DNA of 64,000 nt from Mycobacterium phage prophiT46-2. The notes beneath the pieces were generated by a model. It did no database searches, had not been told where the DNA came from, and was given only the letters and a program-made list of their open reading frames with translations. The DNA lies in the sequence record OQ417970.1; one strand, given 5' to 3'. The translations under genes and the position numbers were made by a program. Positions 34,862 to 45,400 of this stretch are shown here, piece after piece (positions within the stretch are counted from its first letter, which is position 1; each line of letters opens with the position of its first letter).

Positions 34862-36646
34862 GTGAAGTTCGACAAGCTGCCCGATCCGCTGCCCGCCACC
34901 GTCGCCGAGCTCAACGAGCTGGCTGCCACTGTGACAGCGGAGATCCGGGTATTCCAGGCCCGCGCCGCCGCCAACGACGAGTTCAGCGCTGAGGAGACTG
35001 AGCGTTTCGAGTACCTGCTCGACAGCCGCGACAAGGTTGTCACCGAGCGCGATTCGATCGCCGCCGCCGATCAGGCACAGACCGAGAACCTCAACGCCCT
35101 ACTCGACCGCGCGAATGCCGCGACCGAGAAGCCCGAGCCCAAGCCGGCAGCCGACACCGCGACAGACAATGAGGCAGCCCCCGCAGACGGTGACGGTGGT
35201 GCTGCAGCGGAAGTGGTAGCAGAGGCCGAAGCCGCCACCGCGGCAGCTGCCCAGGAATCGGAAACCGTCACCGCTGCCGCAGATTCGAGCCGCCAGGTCG
35301 AGTTCGCGGGCACAGTCCGCAACAGTGATATCCCCTCCGACACCCCCAGCGGTGAGAAGCCCAAGGGCTGGGACATGCTGCAGTCCGCACCCAAGTACGC
35401 CGAGTTCGGCACCGAAAAGGTCGGTTTCGCCGAGATCGCTCAGTCGATCGCCTCTGTAAGCGCAGGGTCCGTCTCGGGCCGTCAGCGCACCGGCACCAGC
35501 CCTGACGGCAACTACGCGACCCAGGCGATCGCACGCCTGACGCGGCCTACTCCGGAGATTCCGGCGCCCGCCAATGAGCACGAGGCGCTCGCGGTTCTGG
35601 ATGCCATCGGCCGCGACATCCCAGGCCACGGCCCGGCGAACGCGAAGGGCCTGGTCGCTGCTGGTGGTTGGTGCGCCCCCTCGCAGCAGGTCTACACCTT
35701 CTGCGGTGTCCCCGAGGCGTCCAATCTGCTGTCGCTGCCGGACTTCCCGTTCGACTTCTCCCGCGGCGGTGTCCGCGTCCCGATCAGCCCCGACGTGTCG
35801 GCGCTACTGGACAACCTGTGGCACTTCACCGAAGCCGAACTCGAAGCCGTCAACGCCCAGGGCGATCCGACCGCGGTCAAGAAGCTCATCGAGTTGCCGT
35901 GCCCGGACGAGTTCCTCGAGTGGCGCCTGGAGGCGATCGGTTGGGCCGCCAAGGCCGGCATCTTGATGCGCCAAGCCTGGCCCGAGGCGATCGAGAACGC
36001 ATTGCAGCAGATCCAGGTCGCCCACCAGCACCGCGTCTCGCAGATCTCCATCGGCAAGATGGTCGCTGGATCGGGCACTCCGATCGCGGTTCCTGCCGGG
36101 TCGGTGCTGGGAGCAACCAGTGGCGTTCTCAATGGACTTGCGCTGCAGGCGTCGAACCTTCGGTACAACAAGGGGCTCGCAGACAACGCCACCATCGAAG
36201 GCGTTGCGCCCGTGTGGTTCCGCGAAGTGCTGCGAGCAGACCTTGCGCTGCGTGAGGGCAAGGAATTCCTGGCCGTCACCAACGCGGAGATCGACAACTG
36301 GTTGGCGGTCCGCGACATCTACCTGCAGTACGTGGTGGATTGGCAGACCCGCGGCGCGGGCCAGCCCGGCAACATGGCCACGGTGGTGTACCCGGCCACG
36401 GTCGACGTGATGCTGTATCCGGCCGGCACCTGGTTCCGAACCATGAACAACGTCATCACCTTGGGTGTGCAGTACCCGCTGCAGCAGTTGCAGCTCAACC
36501 AGTACACCCACGTGTTCACCGAGGACTCGCTGCAGGTGGGCAAGCGTTGCGACCAGTCGATCATCGTGCGACTGCCGATCTGCGTGTCCGGTGCTATCGG
36601 CGCCCGTCAGACCGTGGCGTGCAACACGCCGCCTGCGACTCCGTAG
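34862..36646 (+). CDS. putative major capsid protein (HK97-like fold) with a long N-terminal coiled-coil scaffolding/delta domain
   Basis: N-terminal about 190 aa Ala/Glu-rich coiled coil followed by about 400 aa globular part; follows portal and MuF/protease. Confidence 0.5.
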   Translation: MKFDKLPDPLPATVAELNELAATVTAEIRVFQARAAANDEFSAEETERFEYLLDSRDKVVTERDSIAAADQAQTENLNALLDRANAATEKPEPKPAADTATDNEAAPADGDGGAAAEVVAEAEAATAAAAQESETVTAAADSSRQVEFAGTVRNSDIPSDTPSGEKPKGWDMLQSAPKYAEFGTEKVGFAEIAQSIASVSAGSVSGRQRTGTSPDGNYATQAIARLTRPTPEIPAPANEHEALAVLDAIGRDIPGHGPANAKGLVAAGGWCAPSQQVYTFCGVPEASNLLSLPDFPFDFSRGGVRVPISPDVSALLDNLWHFTEAELEAVNAQGDPTAVKKLIELPCPDEFLEWRLEAIGWAAKAGILMRQAWPEAIENALQQIQVAHQHRVSQISIGKMVAGSGTPIAVPAGSVLGATSGVLNGLALQASNLRYNKGLADNATIEGVAPVWFREVLRADLALREGKEFLAVTNAEIDNWLAVRDIYLQYVVDWQTRGAGQPGNMATVVYPATVDVMLYPAGTWFRTMNNVITLGVQYPLQQLQLNQYTHVFTEDSLQVGKRCDQSIIVRLPICVSGAIGARQTVACNTPPATP

Positions 36647-36742
36647 CGGAGCCCGGCGAATCGCATTGGACGAGGCGGGCGGACGTGAACAACCGAGGCA
36701 TTCACGTCCGCCCGCCTTCCCGGCAGAGAGGAATCGCGCCAC

Positions 36743-37516
36743 ATGACCGCAGCACTATCCCCGGTGCAGTTTGACGCACCGTTGGTCAACCCGGCACCCA
36801 ACGGGCTCGTCGCTGCCACCCAGTGGGTCGACGAGAGCGGACCGCTGCGCTGGCTGCCGTCCGGTGTCGAGTTCCGGGTCTTCAACTACGGCGGCGGCAC
36901 CCAGTTCGGCGTCTGGAGCGCACCATGGAACGCCACCGAGTCTGAGCTCAAACCAGCCGACGTCAAAAAGGGTGAGCGTCCTGCCTTCCCAGATGCGTTC
37001 ATTGCGCAGACCACGTACGCATCTGACGACTGCAGCCTGCTCAAGCGGAGCCGCGATGAGATCCGGGTCCGGGCACAGCAAGTACACCGCGTGCTGGAGC
37101 CTATCCAGACAGAGAAGACGCTCGCGGCCCGCATGCTGCTCGATGCCGGGACGCCCGCGGCTAAGACGGGAATCGTGGCAGCTATCGGCGCCATCGAGGG
37201 GCTGATCGCGGACACCGGCACCGTCGGGGTCATTCACGCGTCGGCGGAGTTGGCCGCCCCTGCCGCACAGGCGAATCTGATCCGCTACAACAACGGCCGG
37301 CTGGTTTCACCGCTGGGTAACACCTGGGTGTTCGGCGGCGGCTACGTCTCGGCGCTAGGCGCCAAGCTGATCGCCACCAGCCCTACCTACGGATGGCGCG
37401 GACCAGTGGCGCTGCGCGAGGCGCCGAGCCTGCAGCACAACGAATTCAAGGCCATCGCCGAACGGTCGCTGGTCGTCGGATATGAGGCGCTGATCGGCGC
37501 CGTGAACATCACGTAG
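36743..37516 (+). CDS. virion structural protein (unknown role)
   Basis: 257 aa in the head module. Confidence 0.4.
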   Translation: MTAALSPVQFDAPLVNPAPNGLVAATQWVDESGPLRWLPSGVEFRVFNYGGGTQFGVWSAPWNATESELKPADVKKGERPAFPDAFIAQTTYASDDCSLLKRSRDEIRVRAQQVHRVLEPIQTEKTLAARMLLDAGTPAAKTGIVAAIGAIEGLIADTGTVGVIHASAELAAPAAQANLIRYNNGRLVSPLGNTWVFGGGYVSALGAKLIATSPTYGWRGPVALREAPSLQHNEFKAIAERSLVVGYEALIGAVNIT

Positions 37517-37521
37517 AAGGG

Positions 37522-38067
37522 TTGGACGTCATGCCTGCTGGTGTGGAAGTTGTGGTCAAGGAAGGCTTCGCCACCATCGATTTCGTCGACGGGACGCTGC
37601 GCGGCCCCGGATTGGCCAAACTGCTGGAAGTCGGCACACCGCCCGAGGCCATCGAGAAACTGACCCGCGAGGGCCCGCGCGCCGTCTACGTAGTGCCGGA
37701 AGGCAATGCGCGCGAGGCCGGCCTGCTCGACGAAGTGGACGCCGATGACCACAACGATGGCCCACCGCCAGCAGGAATGACCGACGAGACCACAGGCGAC
37801 GACGGTTCGGGCGCGGCCTTACCGCTCGCTGAACCGGTTTCGACCGACGCCGAAGGTACAGCCATCGGCGACCCCACCCAGGAGCCGCTTCCTACAGGTG
37901 ATTTCGTGCCGAAGCCTTGGCCAGAGGGCGATCCTGAGCTGGACTGGAAGCGTCCGCAGCTCGATGCCTACGCCGCGTCCAAGGGTCTGGACACCAAGGA
38001 GCTGCCCAACAAGGAAGCAGTGTTCGCGGCCATCGCCAAGCACGCTTCAGAGGCGATGAACTCGTGA
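37522..38067 (+). CDS. hypothetical protein (acidic, low-complexity middle)
   Basis: 181 aa. Confidence 0.45.
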   Translation: MDVMPAGVEVVVKEGFATIDFVDGTLRGPGLAKLLEVGTPPEAIEKLTREGPRAVYVVPEGNAREAGLLDEVDADDHNDGPPPAGMTDETTGDDGSGAALPLAEPVSTDAEGTAIGDPTQEPLPTGDFVPKPWPEGDPELDWKRPQLDAYAASKGLDTKELPNKEAVFAAIAKHASEAMNS

Positions 38068-38327
38068 GCGATCTGTTTACCCGGGAGTTCTGGAAGGACG
38101 CGGTGGAGCGCACCGTTAGTTCTGCGGCACAAGGGTTCCTTGTAGGTGGCGGTCTCGGTGTTGGTGCCGAAGCTACGCAATCTGTTGACGCCCGGTACTT
38201 TCCGTGGCTGGCCGCGGCCAGCGTCGCGGGCGGTATGGCTGCGGCGAGCTTCGCCAAGTGCCTCGCCGCAGTGCGTGTCGGCGAGCGTGGGACTGCCTCA
38301 CTACATCGGCGAAGGTCATTCGAGTGA
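38064..38327 (+). CDS. hypothetical protein
   Basis: GTGA overlap; 87 aa. Confidence 0.4.
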   Translation: MSDLFTREFWKDAVERTVSSAAQGFLVGGGLGVGAEATQSVDARYFPWLAAASVAGGMAAASFAKCLAAVRVGERGTASLHRRRSFE

Positions 38328-38575
38328 GCCCAGACCAGATCCAGGCCATTGGCGGAGTCATCGTCGCCATCCTGACCGCCTGGCAGGGGCTGACCACGCG
38401 ACGCGTCCGGAATCTCGAAACCCATGTGAAGGCCGTCGAAACCGAACGAGACAAGCTCAGCTCCAAACTGCGCGTTGCTGTCCGTTATATCCGTGAGTGG
38501 ATGGAGTGGGCGCGCCAACACGCGCCCGGCAAGCCAACTCCGGTGGTCCCGGCCGAGTTACGCGAAGAGATCTGA
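38324..38575 (+). CDS. small protein with one TM and a coiled coil
   Basis: GTGA overlap; IQAIGGVIVAILTAWQGL. Confidence 0.35.
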   Translation: MSPDQIQAIGGVIVAILTAWQGLTTRRVRNLETHVKAVETERDKLSSKLRVAVRYIREWMEWARQHAPGKPTPVVPAELREEI

Positions 38576-38662
38576 TGCACCCCGCCCTTTTACTGTTCGC
38601 CGCAGCCTCGGAAAACGTAATGGACCGGCGCGAAGCGCCTGATAGCAGGAGGAAGCCAGCAC

Positions 38663-39721
38663 ATGGCATTCGCAGTCGTTAAGGGCTATGCGCTCCGCGT
38701 GACCAAGGTGGATTCGTGCGGTCTGCCCATCCAGGGCAACGCGAACCGCATCGTCACCGAGGGATTCATTCGGGTCAACCTGGACCCGAATATGAAGGAA
38801 GCCAACGAGATCACCCAAGAGAACGCCGCGGGCAAGGAGTGCATCAGTGATCGCACCCCGGCCGAACGCCGTTGGTGGAACACCGAACTTCAGCTGTGCG
38901 GCGTTGACCCGGACCTGTGGTCGCTGATCCTCTTATGGGCGCGGGTGCTTGACTACAACGGTGACCCGATCGGCGTGATCGATAGCAAGTCCGTCGATGA
39001 CAAGTCGGGCGTCATGTTCGAGATCTGGACTGGCGGCCAGGGCGACGACGACTGCCCCGAGCCGCTGGATGACTCGATCTTCTCCGCGGCGGCGTCCGGA
39101 CGCCAATACGGCTACCTCGCTTTTGCGGGCAATGAGTTCGTGTCGGGCGCAATTCCTGTTGGCGCCGAAGCGTCGAACTTCACCTTGACGGGTCGCACGA
39201 TCGCGCCGAAGCGGTGGGGACGGGGCCCGTACAACGTGGCTGCGATCGACCCCGCCGGCACACCGGGGCGTCTGCTGGTTCCCATGTACAGCAAGCCCTC
39301 GGACAACCACCTGATCCTGTTCCGGACCCCGGTGCCGCCGCCGGCGCCCACCGAGGGTGCGTGCGAGCTGGCGGTGCAGTCGATCTTCACCGGTCCGGGT
39401 AAGGCGTACTTCGGTGTGGACGCCGCTGATGTGGCTCCGCCGCAGCCGATCTGCAACGCCAAGAAGTACACCGTCGCGGTCACAGGCACCGGTAACTGGA
39501 AGGCCAAGGTCGGCACTGAGCCGACCGCCGACATCGCGGCCACCGCGCTGCCCGCGGCGGTGCAGTCGGCGATCGAGGCTCTGCCCTACGTCGAGGTGGG
39601 CCAGGTCCAGGTGTCCGGTACGGCCGGCAGCTACACCGTGAAGCTCGACCCGGCTCTGGGTGCGCTCAGTGCCGACAGCACGGGCCTGACTGGTGGTGCT
39701 GCCACCGTCACACCGGTATAG
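38663..39721 (+). CDS. major virion structural protein with a C-terminal Ig-like segment (major tail subunit or capsid-associated)
   Basis: Strong SD GCAGGAGGAAGCC; 352 aa; C-terminal TVAVTGTGNWKAKVG ... YTVKLDPALG resembles Big/Ig-like domains common in major tail or decoration proteins. Confidence 0.5.
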   Translation: MAFAVVKGYALRVTKVDSCGLPIQGNANRIVTEGFIRVNLDPNMKEANEITQENAAGKECISDRTPAERRWWNTELQLCGVDPDLWSLILLWARVLDYNGDPIGVIDSKSVDDKSGVMFEIWTGGQGDDDCPEPLDDSIFSAAASGRQYGYLAFAGNEFVSGAIPVGAEASNFTLTGRTIAPKRWGRGPYNVAAIDPAGTPGRLLVPMYSKPSDNHLILFRTPVPPPAPTEGACELAVQSIFTGPGKAYFGVDAADVAPPQPICNAKKYTVAVTGTGNWKAKVGTEPTADIAATALPAAVQSAIEALPYVEVGQVQVSGTAGSYTVKLDPALGALSADSTGLTGGAATVTPV

Positions 39722-39807
39722 GGGAGCAGGCGAGCGAAACGCCCGGGGTGTCACGGCCCCCGGGCGTTTCGTCTTTTGTAAGCACCCCTGACTCTTACCG
39801 TGTGCCC

Positions 39808-40551
39808 ATGTCTTGCGATTGGCCGATCGACCGGAGCTGTCTGCCGCCGCTGCCCGAACTCGGCACCAGCCCGACTGCGGAGGAACAAGCGGCCCACAAT
39901 CTGGAACTGGTGCGGCGCAGCAACGCCGAAGACATTGCCGTGCACGTGCTGTGGGCGCTGTCCGGCCGCCAGTTCGGCGCCTGCGCGACCACAGCGCGGC
40001 CGTGCCGTTCATACGGGCAGGGATTCGGGTACAGCTCGACCGTTCTGACACTCGATGCCGGCCAATGGGTGAACTGGCCGTGTGGCTGTATCGGGGGCTG
40101 CTCGGTCACGGGCCCGCGGGTAGTGCATCTGCCGGGCCCGGTCGCGTCGATCACTGACGTGAGGATCGACGGCGCGGTGCTCAATGAGTCCGAGTACCAG
40201 TTGGAGGGAAACGCCCTGTACCGCAAGAACGGTGCATGGCCTAGCCAAGATCTCGGCAGGCCGCTCGGGGAGCCCGGAACCTGGTCGGTGACCTACGCAC
40301 GCGGCAACCCCGTACCAGCTGGCGTCGACAAACTGGTGGGCCAACTGGCCCGCGAATTTGTTGCCGCCTGCGATGACGAAGACACATGCCGCCTGCCGCG
40401 CACCGTGGTGGCCACCACCCGCCGCGGTGTGAGCCACGAATTCGATCCGACGAAGATCCTCGCCGTCGGCAAGACGGGGCTAAGCGAGGTGGACCTGTGG
40501 CTGTCCGCGGTCAATCCGCATCGACTCCAGCAGGCACCGGAGGTGCTGTGA
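39808..40551 (+). CDS. head-to-tail connector/adaptor-like protein
   Basis: MSCDWPIDRSCLPPLPELG N-terminus; position between the major structural gene and the neck genes. Confidence 0.4.
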   Translation: MSCDWPIDRSCLPPLPELGTSPTAEEQAAHNLELVRRSNAEDIAVHVLWALSGRQFGACATTARPCRSYGQGFGYSSTVLTLDAGQWVNWPCGCIGGCSVTGPRVVHLPGPVASITDVRIDGAVLNESEYQLEGNALYRKNGAWPSQDLGRPLGEPGTWSVTYARGNPVPAGVDKLVGQLAREFVAACDDEDTCRLPRTVVATTRRGVSHEFDPTKILAVGKTGLSEVDLWLSAVNPHRLQQAPEVL

Positions 40552-41090
40552 ATCCCCATGATCCAGCCTCCGACATCGTCAACGAGTTCATCAACGCGAT
40601 GAAAAAGGCCTTCAACCCAACAGATTCGGTCCAACCGCCGCTCGGTGGCGGCTCCAAGGATGTGCGGTTCTTCGCCGGCGACGGGCCGCTGCCGCTGTCC
40701 GTTTGGGATCCCGAGCACGGGCCGGCGGCGGGCTGCAAAGAGCCGCTGCTCTGGGTGCGGGTGGATCGCCGATACCGTAGCCGGCGCAGTGATTTTCCTG
40801 CCGCCTACGTTGCCGCCCGGGATTGCAAGACCGCTGATGTGGTGCGGGCACTGGCGGTCGAGATCGGTATCGCACGGTGCGCGGACATGTCCGCCAAACC
40901 GAAGTGGCCGGTGCTCGAATCGGAGGCCGAGATCAGCCTGGATGACTCGTTCCGGATCGAAACGGCGTTGTGTCTGGCGGCCACCGCGCTGACGAAGCCC
41001 GATCGTGCAGTAGCCACCGATACCATCGCGCCGCAAGGGCCCGAGGGCGGGCTGATCGCGTGGACCGGTATGGCCTACGTGTCGCTATGA
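40548..41090 (+). CDS. structural (neck/connector) protein
   Basis: GTGA overlap; 180 aa. Confidence 0.4.
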   Translation: MNPHDPASDIVNEFINAMKKAFNPTDSVQPPLGGGSKDVRFFAGDGPLPLSVWDPEHGPAAGCKEPLLWVRVDRRYRSRRSDFPAAYVAARDCKTADVVRALAVEIGIARCADMSAKPKWPVLESEAEISLDDSFRIETALCLAATALTKPDRAVATDTIAPQGPEGGLIAWTGMAYVSL

Positions 41091-41103
41091 GAGAGGGTGC
41101 GCT

Positions 41104-41451
41104 GTGGGGCATTACGTCACGATCGAGGGAAGCCTGACCCCGACCACGGTTCTGGCGCGGGGTGTGCGCAAGACAGTGGCCGTCACCGACGAGGTCCGCA
41201 AGCTGGTGCAGATCGGTGGCGCCGTCGTGGTGGACGGCAGCCTCGAGGAACCTGCAGTCCCCGGCGATGAGGCCAGCAGCGAAAGCACTTCGCAAGCTGA
41301 GACAGCGGACGAAACCGAGCCGGATGCCGCTTCCGATAGCCCGCACACCGAGGCCGACACGGAGACCTCGGCCAAGCGTGTTCGCGGCGCACGCCGGTCG
41401 CCGGCCGCCGACTCGGACGCACCGCAGACGCAGCCTGATGGCACGAGTTAG
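41104..41451 (+). CDS. hypothetical structural protein
   Basis: 115 aa, acidic C-terminus. Confidence 0.35.
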   Translation: MGHYVTIEGSLTPTTVLARGVRKTVAVTDEVRKLVQIGGAVVVDGSLEEPAVPGDEASSESTSQAETADETEPDAASDSPHTEADTETSAKRVRGARRSPAADSDAPQTQPDGTS

Positions 41452-41842
41452 GGGGCGCTTCGAGCTTCACGAACGAGAGCTCAACGACCAGACCCGGTCT
41501 TTCGGCCGGCGCCGGATGGCGTCCCTGCAGCGCCGTATCGCCAACCAGGCACGCGTCGATGCCCCCGTTCGCACCGGCAACCTCGGCCGCCAGGTCAACG
41601 AGGGACACATCGGTTTCACCGGCCCCCGAACGATTTCCGGCAGCGTCGGCAACAACGCCCGCTACGCGCTATACGTCCACGAGGGCTCGCGTCCTCACCT
41701 CATCCGGCCACGCAACGCCAAAGCGCTGCGGTTCCAGATAGGCGGACGCACGGTGTTCGCAAAGCTGGTGCACCACCCGGGAACGAAGGCGCGACCATTT
41801 CTGCGCAACGCCGGAATGCGAGTGGCATCGCGGGAACGCTGA
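41438..41842 (+). CDS. HK97 gp10-like tail-component / neck protein
   Basis: NARYALYVHEGSRPHLIRP ... VFAKLVHHPGTKARPFL matches the HK97-gp10-like family pattern. Confidence 0.6.
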   Translation: MARVRGRFELHERELNDQTRSFGRRRMASLQRRIANQARVDAPVRTGNLGRQVNEGHIGFTGPRTISGSVGNNARYALYVHEGSRPHLIRPRNAKALRFQIGGRTVFAKLVHHPGTKARPFLRNAGMRVASRER

Positions 41843-41859
41843 CCAACTATTCACTGCGA

Positions 41860-42408
41860 GTGAATCGTTCGCCTGCACCCCTGCTCGGCACGCTACGCGC
41901 CATGACCACACCCGCCTCGGAACCCATCCAGCCGCCCGCCCCTGCACCGGCCGAACCGGCAGCAGCCGGCGCCATCGAACAAGACGTCATCGCGCCTAAT
42001 ACGCAGGTAGTCACTGAACCAGCTGCCCACGGTGATGCGTTGCCAGCGGTCCGGGCCAGTACCGAGGTAGCGACGCCCAGCGGGTGGCCGCACGAGTTCC
42101 TGGAGTTCAGCGGCGACAAGCTCGAAATCAGGGTGCCCACACCACAGGCCATGTCGGCGTTATCGCTGGGAATGGGCAAGTACGTTCCGGCGAAGATGAA
42201 GAACGAGATCAGCGGCCTGTTCATCGCACGGCATCTGTCGGAAGACACCTACGAGCACGTCTACTCGCGGTTGATGAACCCGGACGACACCGGATACAAC
42301 GCCAACACCATCGGGGAGCTGATCGGCGCGCTGCTCAACGAAGGTGTCGCGCAATTCGAAAAGGTATCGAAGGCGCCGGAAGCGGTGAACAGCGAGTCCG
42401 AGAAGTAG
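41860..42408 (+). CDS. tail protein immediately upstream of the tape measure (tail assembly chaperone or small major tail subunit)
   Basis: 182 aa, Pro/Ala-rich N-terminus; no frameshift partner evident. Confidence 0.4.
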   Translation: MNRSPAPLLGTLRAMTTPASEPIQPPAPAPAEPAAAGAIEQDVIAPNTQVVTEPAAHGDALPAVRASTEVATPSGWPHEFLEFSGDKLEIRVPTPQAMSALSLGMGKYVPAKMKNEISGLFIARHLSEDTYEHVYSRLMNPDDTGYNANTIGELIGALLNEGVAQFEKVSKAPEAVNSESEK

Positions 42409-42433
42409 CACCCCACCTCGCTAGCTTGAGCCG

Positions 42434-45400
42434 GTGACCACGCCCGTCGGCTCGATTCGTCTTGATCTGTCGATCGACGGTTCGGACCTTGACGACGAGA
42501 TCACTGCTGCTGTGCAAAAGCACATGGGGCCCGCCATGGCGAGGCTTCAAGCGCAGCTTGATCGAATCGAGCGTGAGTATGTCGAGGCCGCGCGTGCTGC
42601 TGAGAAGTCCTCCGCCAAGCAGACAGCGGCAGCCAGGGCCGTTGCCGAAGCGGTCGAGGACATCGGTGACGAGCACACCAAGTCGGCAGCCAAAGCGCGT
42701 GCTGGCGAGAGCGTTTCGACACGGTCGATCAACGCGACCACCCGGGCCATCCAGAAACAGACAGCAGCGTGGGAAGCGAACACGGCGGCGCGGATCGCTG
42801 CGGCAGCTGCACCGACCCCGGCCGGACCACCGCCAGGCGGCGGTAGCCGCGGTGGGGGAGGCGGCGGCTCTGGCGGCGGTGTCAGATGGCATGGCGGCAG
42901 GGGAGGTTTCCTTTCCAGCCCCGTGGGATTGAATGCGATTTCACTCGGTGTCGGCAGCCTTCCGGCCGCGACCACGGCCGTCGTCAACCTCACCGGGGCA
43001 CTGCAGCAGCTCGTCCAGGTCGGATTCGTCGTACCTGGCGTCATCGGCGGCATGGTCTCGTCGGTCGGCACCGCGGTGTTGGGGTTCCACGGCCTGTCCG
43101 ACGCGGTGAAGGCATCGTGGGAGGCCGCGAAGTCGGGCGACCCGAAGGACATCAAGAAAGCTGCCGAGGCAATGCAGGGCCTTGCCCCGGCGGTCCAGGG
43201 CGTCGTCAAGGCCATAGTTTCCGCGCGCCCTCAGCTGGAGCATCTACAGCGCGACATCGTGGCGCAGAACATGTTCGAAGGCGTCGATCAGAGCATCACC
43301 GAACTGACCGACAAATCGATACCCACCTTGGAGAAGGGCCTCGGCGGCATCTCGAAGGCATGGAACGCCACGTTCAAGGAACTGAGCCGAGTCGGCGGCC
43401 TGGACTCCTCGCAGTCAATCTTGGACAAGCTGTTCGGCAACACCGCCGACGCGCAGAACCGCGCCAACGCGGCGATCGAACCGCTGATCCACGGTTTCGG
43501 CACACTGACCGCCGAGGGCAGCGACTTCCTGCCGCGCATCGCCGACGGGTTGACCGCTGTCACAAAGCGATTCGACAACTGGATCACCCGGTCGGTGGAG
43601 AACGGCAACCTCGACAAATGGATCACCGAAGGCATCGAGGGTGCCGACCATCTGGGCAACACACTGCTGAACATCGGCAAGATCATCGCCTCGATCACCA
43701 AAGCCGCTGGCGGCGACGGCGGTCTGTTGTCCGCGCTCGACGGCGGGTCCGGCGCGCTGGCTGACTTCCTGGCATCGGACAAGGGCCAAGAGAAGCTGAT
43801 CAAATTCTTCACCGAGGGACGCGAGCAGATCAAGCAGTGGATGCCGATCCTGGGCAACGTCGCCTCGCTCCTGGGTGATGTTTACGACGGCATGAAGCAG
43901 TGGACCGCGGTGCTGCTACCGATCCTCAAAATGGTTACCGACCTTCTCAACTCGATGCCAGGCGGCATCTCCGGTGTCGTCACAGCATTCCTGGCGTGGA
44001 GAACGATCTCCGGCATTACCTCGGTTCTGTCCGGGATAAACAGCATCGGGTCGGCCCTGGACGGTTTACCTGGGAAAGCAGGGACAGCGGCAGGGGGAAT
44101 CAACAAGGCGCTGGCAGGTCTGGGCATCGGCGCGGCGGCATTCCAGATCGGCGGCGGCTTGATCAACTCGGATTCGGGGTTGCAGCAGGCCGGAGGGTTC
44201 GCCGCCAACATCGGTGGCGGTGCTCTCGCCGGTGGCCTGATGGGCGGTCCGTGGGGTGCTGCGCTCGGCGCCATGATTGGTGCCGGTGTGTCGTTGTTCG
44301 AGCTGTCTCGCAAGCGCCTGGAGGAAGGCAAAGCCGAGTGGGACAAGTCGTGGCAGGAGCACCATGACAACCCGCCGCCGCCGGTTATCTCCCCCAGCGG
44401 CATCGACCTCAAGACGATGCTTCCGGTCGACCGTGGGCCGTCGCTGTCGCAAGGCATGCTCGCGCAGATTCAGGCCGGGAAACTTCCGGGGTACAGCATC
44501 GGCCCGAACGGCGCGGTGATCGGTCCCGACGGTCAACCACTGCCCGGCCTGAACCTGGGCGGCGTGACGCCGTACACCCCCTCGTTCCCGCTACCAACGC
44601 TCCCGCCCCCTGCGCCGCCTGCACCGAAAGAACTGACCACGTTCCTGCCGATACCCGGCGCGACGGGGCAAAACGTCCCCGCCCCGCAAGGAACCAACCT
44701 CGGTCAGTTGATCGGCGCCGGTGCGTTGCCCGAGGTACAGGCCAACGTCCAGAAGTTGGCATCGGACATCCAGGCACTGCCCGAGGGTGAGGTCAAGATC
44801 AAAGACCCGTCGCCCGAGGTGATGAAAAACCTTGAGTCCCTGGATGTCCAGATCACCAAGGTCTCGGAGAACGAGATCCAGGTCAAGGCCAACACCAGTG
44901 CGGCACAGGCCCAGGTCGAAGCGTTCATCCTCAAGTACAAGCAGCAGACGATCACCATGATGATCCAGGCGCAGGGAATGACTCCCGTGGTGCCTCCTGG
45001 CCGCGCCGACGGCGGCGTGCTGCCCGGTTGGTCTCCCGGTGTCGACAACATGCTGGTACCGATGTCCGGCGGCGAGGGCGTACTCATCCCCGAGGCTGTG
45101 CGCGGCCTGGGTGGGGCCGCAGCCATTTACGCCATCAACAGCCGGTTCCGTAGCGGCCTGTCCCGCAGGGGATACGCGGACGGCGGCGTGGTCGGTGCGG
45201 TGGCAGGTATTCCTGGCGTGGATGACAACACCGAACTCGGGGTGCTGCGACAAATCCGAGACCTGTTGGCAGGCAAGGGCGGCGGCCCGCTGCCCGCGAC
45301 CTCGGATGCCATCAAGTCCATCGCCTCCGACGGCGTCGCGTCGGCCACCGGCAATTCGCCGGCAAGGATGGGGCCATTCGGCACACCGATCAAGGCGCGC

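Noticed and set aside
38933-40051. 372-aa - strand ORF across the major structural and connector genes
   Set aside because: Arg-rich shadow ORF opposite strongly supported + strand genes
42084-42437. Overlapping alternative-frame ORF before the tape measure, considered as a frameshifted chaperone extension
   Set aside because: Translation is Arg-rich junk and no slippery heptamer was seen. Treated as non-coding frame.
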